The notes under the pieces are model-generated. The model saw only the letters and a program-made list of their open reading frames with translations. It had not been told where the DNA came from and did no database searches. A stretch of DNA of 64,000 nt, from the NCBI GenBank assembly GCA_963677595.1, contig OY782041.1:2752001-2816000 (forward strand), read 5' to 3'. Shown here one piece after another: positions 58,472 through 64,000 of this stretch (within the stretch, counting starts at the first letter, position 1; every line of letters starts with the position of its first letter). Made by a program: the position numbers and the translations under genes. Origin of the DNA: Spirochaetia bacterium. GTDB lineage: Bacteria > Spirochaetota > Spirochaetia > CAKZLE01.

Positions 58472-59794
58472 CTATTCGCCCCCGGCGACCTTCAGCACGA
58501 GGGCACAGTCCTCAGTACGGTGTCCCGTTACCGTCAACTCGATCCCCGCTCCCCGCTGTTCCCAGGAGCATGCCGTCTTCGTATCGAGCGGTACGGGAGT
58601 GCCCACGACATCGGGGATGAAGCGTGTCGAGTCCCCTGCCGGCAGCCCGTCGAGGATCACGTATAGGTCGGAATCCTTTCTGGTGAAGTGTATATCGCCT
58701 GAATCCGTGGCGATGGAGGTTCTCCTGCTGCACCGTGTCCCGTAGATCGCCTCCCCGTTGACGGAGACCCACTTCCCGAGCCCGCGCAGCTTCTCTGCCT
58801 GGATCTCCGGGATGCTCCCGTCAGCCCTGGGGCCGACATTGATGAGCAGGTTCCCGTTGTTCGCCACCGTCGAGACCAGGAGGCTCACCAGCTTCTCCAC
58901 GGAGAGGATGTGCTCCTCCCCCTCGACGGCGTTATAACCGAAGGAGAGCCCCAGGCCTCGGCACATCTCCCACTTTTCCTCCCGGGAGACAGCCCCCGCC
59001 TGGTACTCCTTCGTGCTGTAGTCCTTCCATAACCCGTTGAACCGGTCATCCACGACCCCATCCTCACAGGTGTTGTAGTAGTGCGATAGCAGGTAGGGCA
59101 GCTGCTGCTCCCCGGCGAACGGCCACCCGATATCATTCCAGAAGACCGACGGCTTGTAGGTGTCGATCAGCTCCAGCGACTGCTTGTAGGCATAGTCCGC
59201 ATACTCATAGGTGGGGCAGCAGTTGAGCTTCACGTCCTCCTCGGTGTAGATCGGGTCGTCGGCATACCGCCAGTCGATGATCGCCGAGTAGTAGAGCCCC
59301 ATCTTCAGCCCCTCAGCACGGACTGCCTCTGTCAGGTCCCCGACGAGGTCCCGCTTCGGACCCCGGTTTCCCGCATGGTAGTCGGTATGCCTGCTTGGGA
59401 AGAGGCAGAACCCGTCATGGTGCTTGGTGACCATGACCACGTAGCCTGCCCCTGCTTCTCGGAAGAGGGAGGCCCATTGTGCGGGATCGAAGTGCTCTGC
59501 CTTCCAGAGGTCGGTGAAGTCCTCATAGGGGAAGTCCTCCCCGTAGTGCTCCCGGTGGTATTCCCAGGTAGGTCCTTCCCCCATCTTCAGGGAGTTGTAG
59601 TACCACTCCGCATAGGGGTTATTGCAGAACCACTCCTCGTCGGTGACGACCCCGAGTTCTACCGTCGGGGTGGCGAAGGCCGGTACCGAGTAGAGGCCCC
59701 AGTGGATGAAGATTCCCAGCTTGCAGTCATGGTACCAGTCGGGGACCTGGTGCCCCCGAATAGATTCCCAGGTCGGGACATAACGGTGTTTCAT
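58472..59794 (-). CDS. GH29 alpha-L-fucosidase
   Basis: KLGIFIHWGLYSVP, YAEWY, TKHHDGF, WND nucleophile and GNLLINVGP. Confidence 0.96.
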   Translation of the reverse strand: MKHRYVPTWESIRGHQVPDWYHDCKLGIFIHWGLYSVPAFATPTVELGVVTDEEWFCNNPYAEWYYNSLKMGEGPTWEYHREHYGEDFPYEDFTDLWKAEHFDPAQWASLFREAGAGYVVMVTKHHDGFCLFPSRHTDYHAGNRGPKRDLVGDLTEAVRAEGLKMGLYYSAIIDWRYADDPIYTEEDVKLNCCPTYEYADYAYKQSLELIDTYKPSVFWNDIGWPFAGEQQLPYLLSHYYNTCEDGVVDDRFNGLWKDYSTKEYQAGAVSREEKWEMCRGLGLSFGYNAVEGEEHILSVEKLVSLLVSTVANNGNLLINVGPRADGSIPEIQAEKLRGLGKWVSVNGEAIYGTRCSRRTSIATDSGDIHFTRKDSDLYVILDGLPAGDSTRFIPDVVGTPVPLDTKTACSWEQRGAGIELTVTGHRTEDCALVLKVAGGE

Positions 59795-59819
59795 CTGTGA
59801 TCACTCCTCGTGTATATGA

Positions 59820-60905
59820 TTACGAACGATAGGGCTCCACTGCCCTGATGACCTGCTCTATTTCTCTCTCATCATAGCAGTCCACCATGACGTAGGTGCC
59901 TTCAGGCCCGATCACGTCGAGCAGCGGCACGACCTCCTCCGGCTTGACCTCGACGACCTGGACGCACTTCCCGGCCTGCTTGATCTTCCGGTACATATCG
60001 AACCAGTGGGGATCCCCGCCGCCGGGGACGTTGGGCCCCGGGGTGTATTCCACGGCATCGAGCGACTCGATCTCGAGGATGGCGTCCACGGTCTTCACGG
60101 CCATGGGACCGTCCACATGGTAGATGGAGTAGTCCTGGTAGTCGCACTGCCTCCTGAGATAGGGGATGACGAACTCCTCGTACATGTCGAGGCTGATCAT
60201 CGCCGCGGTATCGCATTGGGCAAGACAGACCGTCCCCGGTGCCCAGACCATGAAGTAGCCCATGACGGAGCTCCCGTCCTCCTCCCGTATGATATCATAG
60301 AGCCTCGGGTAGACCTCCTCGAAGGCGTGCTGGATCTCATCGAGTTTGGCATGCACCCAGTCAGGGGTGAGGATGAGGTCCATCATGAGGTCCTGGGTCC
60401 CCCTGATCTCAGCAAGGACATCCAGGTTGGGGCAGACTGCCGGCAGCCCGGTGAAGTAGTTCCCGCCTGAGAGCTCCTTGACTGCCCGTGTCGCATCGGA
60501 GATGATCTTCCACCATTCACTCGATGCATCGAAGGTGAGCGGCCGGTCGTTCTCGGGGCCGAAATCCGGGGCATGGTTGTACCAGATGTTGTTCTCCCCG
60601 AAGTCAGGTACCGCCCCGAGCATCGCCGCGAGTGATACGGTCCCGATGTCCGGGAAGGCGATCGGGAACATGTCGAGCGGGGTAGCGCTGCAGGCAAGTC
60701 GGTAGTGCTCGCTCTCGGCGATCCACTTCGGGTCCCGGTACTTCTGGGAGAGTGATGCATACCCGCCCGGGTCCGTAGCAGCCCGGAGCGGTGCTCCCGT
60801 GGGGATCCCGCTGCCCCAGTTGGCCACGATGAGCCCTTCGCGGTCCCACCACTTCTGGAAGTTCTTCTTCGACCCTTCCCAATCATCCTTCCATGTGCAA
60901 TACAT
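59820..60905 (-). CDS. Uroporphyrinogen decarboxylase (URO-D/MtaA-CmuA) superfamily protein
   Basis: LDVLAEIRG..DLMMDL..PDWV, QCDTAAMIS.DMYEEFVIP and YHVDG. Confidence 0.75.
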   Translation of the reverse strand: MYCTWKDDWEGSKKNFQKWWDREGLIVANWGSGIPTGAPLRAATDPGGYASLSQKYRDPKWIAESEHYRLACSATPLDMFPIAFPDIGTVSLAAMLGAVPDFGENNIWYNHAPDFGPENDRPLTFDASSEWWKIISDATRAVKELSGGNYFTGLPAVCPNLDVLAEIRGTQDLMMDLILTPDWVHAKLDEIQHAFEEVYPRLYDIIREEDGSSVMGYFMVWAPGTVCLAQCDTAAMISLDMYEEFVIPYLRRQCDYQDYSIYHVDGPMAVKTVDAILEIESLDAVEYTPGPNVPGGGDPHWFDMYRKIKQAGKCVQVVEVKPEEVVPLLDVIGPEGTYVMVDCYDEREIEQVIRAVEPYRS

Positions 60906-60918
60906 CAGTCAACTCCTC

Positions 60919-63180
60919 TCACAGGTCGATATAGCTTCCGAGACAGGTGTCGCGGCAGCCGGTATAGGTGTCATCGAAATTCACGAGCTCAGGGTCCTTC
61001 ACCATCTCATCGGTACAGGCGACCGCCTCGGGGTAGAGCGGCAGGACCGCCCCTTCCCGTACGAAGAGCGGTATCCGCTCCATCGGCCAGACCTGTTCCG
61101 GGAGCCTGATCGGCCCGGAGGACCGCTCCCCGGTCCAGAAGTCCACCCAGGTCCCCTCGGGGAGGTAGACCGCCCGTCTCGACTCGCTGTTCATGACCGG
61201 TGCGCAGAGGATGTCCCTGCCGAGGAGGTACTCATCAGAGATACCCCAGCAAGCAGGGTCCTGCGGGTAGTGGAGGACCAGGGCCCGCAGCATCGGGTAG
61301 CCGGAGTCCCTGCCTGCCTGGGATTGCTGCAGGAGGTAGGGGATCAGGGCATACCTGAGCTTGAGCCACTCACGGACGGTATCTGCTACCCCCGGGTACT
61401 CCCAGGGTTCCCTGGCACAGGTCCCGTGGTAGCGCAGGTGCGAGGAGAGGACGCCGAACTGGGTCCACCGCAGGTAGAGCTCCTCTGACGGGAAGCTGTT
61501 CATGAAGTTGGGGACCCCGTGGAAGCCCGGGACATCATGGCTCCAGTAGGCGAAGCCTGAGAGGCCGAGCTGCAGCCCGCCGATGAGGGAGGCCGCCATG
61601 CCGTCCCAGGACGCGGCCGCATCCCCGCCCCAGTGGAGCGGGTATCGCTGGCTGCCTGCCCAAGACGAGCGTGCCCAGATGATCCCCTCACCGAGGTGTT
61701 CCTCGGTCGCCTCGAACGCGGCTTTCTGGTAGAGGAGGGCATAGAGGTTGTGGAGCTGCCGTGCCGGCATCCCCATATAGTCTGCGTCGAAGGAGATGTC
61801 CTCCCCGAAGTCGGTCTTGATCACGGAAGCCCCGAAGTCGAACAGGTCTTTGAGCATCCCCTTGTACCAGTCGACGGCTTCAGGGTTCGTGAAATCGATC
61901 TGGCCGCCGAACTGCTGCCCGGAGAAGTCGGAAGCGGTGGAGGCCGTGCTCTTGGCAGGGGCAAGGTACCGTCTCTCCTGGGCGAACTCGAGCAGCCGGT
62001 TTCCCTCGCCGATGTTCGGCGTCTGCCAGAGTGAGATGCGGTAGCCGGCAGCCCGCATTCGGCTCATGAACTCCGCCGGGTCGGGGAACCGTTCATCGCT
62101 GAAGGTCCACTCACAGACCCAGTCCTTCGCGAACCAGCCGGTGTCGATGTGGATGACATCGCAGGGATACTCCTCCTCCCGCATGCGGGTGAAGATCCCG
62201 GTGATCTCCTCATCCGAGAAATAGGTCATCCTGCTCATCCAGGTCCCGTAGGACCAGCCCGGGAGGACGCCGGGGAACCCGGTGACCTGGCGGTACCGCT
62301 TGAGGATGGCCTCCGGCGTACCCCCTCCTATGATGAAGAGGTCAAGCGTGTCATCCTCGATGAGCCCCTGGGCCGATCTCGTGGAGATGTCCGCGAGCGA
62401 GAGCCTGATATGGGAGGGGCTGTGGATGAAGAGCCCGTAGCCGGCACTCGAGAGGTAGAACGGTATGTTCTTGTAGGCACGCCGGTTGTTCACGCCGAGT
62501 GCGTCGATGTTCTCGAGGGTGATCGTCTGCCCCCTCAAATCGAAGGAGTGGAACCGTTCCCCCGTCCCGAGGAAGTGTTCCTGCGGCCCTGCATGGAAGG
62601 AGAAGAGCCATTCCCGTTCGGCCCGCTGGTCGTCATGCCGCTTCACATACCCGAGCGGGATCGATTCCAGCTTGGTCGGTACGAACTGGTCCCAGGAAGA
62701 GAAGGGGAGCTCTCTCCCCCCGTCGGGGTTGAGGGTCCCGGTGAACCGGGAGAAGGGGGCTTCGATCTGGTCGCTCCAGAAGTTGATCGGTTCGGCGGGG
62801 AGGTTGAAGCTCCCCCGTACCGTCCCGCTGGCATCTGTCATGCTGAACTGCCCGCCAGCTTCAGAGACCCTGAGGGGCACCTCCGCGACCTCCCCATCGA
62901 GGCTGATCATCGGGCTCTCGGACAATGGTGTCGTGGAGTTCGTGATCCGGATGATCCCCGGTTCCAGGTAGGAGATGGTGAAACGTACCGTCTCGGTGAC
63001 CGGCGGTTCGGAGATCTTCATCCCAGTCTTCCAGCCCAGCTGTCTGAAGCGGATTTCCGCATCAAGATTGCCCAGGGGATTCTCGCACAGCGAGACCATC
63101 TCCTCAGCGATCCAGATCTCTGAATCGGGGTATTGGTCGAGGTCGATCATATCATAGTTGAAATCATTGCGTTGTTTCAT
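60919..63180 (-). CDS. GH31 alpha-xylosidase (YicI-like)
   Basis: GTGERF, YKNIPF, HIDTGW, KTDFGE nucleophile, HWGGD, WSHDVPGF and RYHG. Confidence 0.93.
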   Translation of the reverse strand: MKQRNDFNYDMIDLDQYPDSEIWIAEEMVSLCENPLGNLDAEIRFRQLGWKTGMKISEPPVTETVRFTISYLEPGIIRITNSTTPLSESPMISLDGEVAEVPLRVSEAGGQFSMTDASGTVRGSFNLPAEPINFWSDQIEAPFSRFTGTLNPDGGRELPFSSWDQFVPTKLESIPLGYVKRHDDQRAEREWLFSFHAGPQEHFLGTGERFHSFDLRGQTITLENIDALGVNNRRAYKNIPFYLSSAGYGLFIHSPSHIRLSLADISTRSAQGLIEDDTLDLFIIGGGTPEAILKRYRQVTGFPGVLPGWSYGTWMSRMTYFSDEEITGIFTRMREEEYPCDVIHIDTGWFAKDWVCEWTFSDERFPDPAEFMSRMRAAGYRISLWQTPNIGEGNRLLEFAQERRYLAPAKSTASTASDFSGQQFGGQIDFTNPEAVDWYKGMLKDLFDFGASVIKTDFGEDISFDADYMGMPARQLHNLYALLYQKAAFEATEEHLGEGIIWARSSWAGSQRYPLHWGGDAAASWDGMAASLIGGLQLGLSGFAYWSHDVPGFHGVPNFMNSFPSEELYLRWTQFGVLSSHLRYHGTCAREPWEYPGVADTVREWLKLRYALIPYLLQQSQAGRDSGYPMLRALVLHYPQDPACWGISDEYLLGRDILCAPVMNSESRRAVYLPEGTWVDFWTGERSSGPIRLPEQVWPMERIPLFVREGAVLPLYPEAVACTDEMVKDPELVNFDDTYTGCRDTCLGSYIDL

Positions 63181-63252
63181 AGCCTGCTCCTTCCGGTTCC
63201 CTGCTGCACGGGACGCACTGCTGGTGAAGATTATCCTCAGGGGGATGTTGAA

Positions 63253-63314
63253 AGTATAGATCGGATTCCCCAGCAGTCTATGGACATATTAGTTCATTAT
63301 TTGCACTTTTTCGG
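63253..63314 (-). promoter_or_regulatory. Activator-dependent promoter (copy 2) of GH31-URO-D-GH29 operon
   Basis: GTGCA/GTCCA direct repeat with 21-bp period, then TAGACT-16-TATACT. Confidence 0.7.
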
Positions 63315-63474
63315 CTGGGTGTGTGTAATTTTCCTGCACACAATGAGTTGCTTTGCTCTTCGGCTGATCCTGGAACGGCTTTCCAGATATGCTTTTTAAA
63401 AAACCGGCAGGTTCGCCTTCCTGCTTGGGGCAATCCGTTCTAGAATAGGAGGCAGTATATCATCGGAGGGACAC

Positions 63475-64000
63475 ATGGCTGAAGTAACAGGACTCAAGAC
63501 GGACTACCGCAACGGCATCGTCGGGATCACGGGATCCCCGCAGTTCTCCTGGCAGATCGAATCCTGCTTCCGCAACTGCCGGCAGAGGGCATACCAGCTC
63601 CAGGTCTCCCGGGAGGGGAGCTTCTCTTCTCCCCTCCTCGATACCGGGCTGGTTGAGAGCGGGGAGTCTGCCCATGTCCGCATCGAGGGGTTCACCCCCG
63701 ACGAGGGCGGGATCTATTACACACGGGTTCGGGTCGTGACCGATGATGACGGGGAAGCGGGGGGCTTAAGCAGGTACAGCCAGCCGGTGAGGATGGTCGG
63801 GGGCCTGCGGGACCCGGAGGTTTTGAAAGGCTGCTTCATCACCGCGGAACGCCCCGGGGATCGGGAACGTGCTGGGGGGACCTACCTGAGGAACGAACTG
63901 GTCCTGAAAGGTGAGGTCCGCTCAGCGGTAGCATACTCGACGGCACAGGGACTCTACCAGCTCCATATGAACGGGTGCAGGGCCTCTGATGATGAACTCT
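63475..64000 (+). CDS. GH78 alpha-L-rhamnosidase, N-terminal part (runs off window)
   Basis: Manual translation MAEVTGLKTDY...PQFSWQI...QRAYQLQV...DTGLVES...YLRNEL...AVAYSTAQGLYQLHMNG; SD GGAGG; absent from the ORF track because it has no stop. Confidence 0.85.
   Translation, partial: MAEVTGLKTDYRNGIVGITGSPQFSWQIESCFRNCRQRAYQLQVSREGSFSSPLLDTGLVESGESAHVRIEGFTPDEGGIYYTRVRVVTDDDGEAGGLSRYSQPVRMVGGLRDPEVLKGCFITAERPGDRERAGGTYLRNELVLKGEVRSAVAYSTAQGLYQLHMNGCRASDDEL

Overview
About 64 kb of a GC-rich (roughly 55-60%, estimated by eye) bacterial chromosome. It is probably a free-living Spirochaetia member, inferred from solute-binding protein N-termini of the 'FAGGKQE/FANGTQE' type. Most of the window is metabolic: a divergent PGK/racemase/lactonase cluster, ktrBA-arcA-argF, pgl-zwf, a YheO-regulated amidohydrolase/aminotransferase/IorAB/Ptb/Buk catabolic regulon, an alpha-glucoside ABC importer, a GH3, and a large fucose/xylose/rhamnose glycan locus (GH95, GH29, GH31, GH78, URO-D-like protein, ABC importer, YesMN-type TCS). 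There are two accessory patches: a low-GC XRE-ImmA/IrrE plus HEPN/MNT islet (about 8.3-11.0 kb) and a cadherin-like-repeat lipoprotein next to tRNA-Arg(CCT). I found no CRISPR array, transposase or integrase. The strongest unannotated signals are: (1) an 11-codon leader peptide with competing RNA pairings upstream of RNHCP-rsgA, a candidate ribosome-stalling attenuator; (2) a candidate sRNA of about 72 nt with its own promoter and terminator, whose single-stranded linker is exactly complementary over 15 nt to the ImmA/IrrE mRNA 8.5 kb away; (3) a repeated 15-bp operator defining the YheO regulon; (4) a probable ATT start codon on a LacI gene; (5) a URO-D-fold protein inside a glycosidase operon. 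All calls come from reading motifs by eye; no database search or folding was run.
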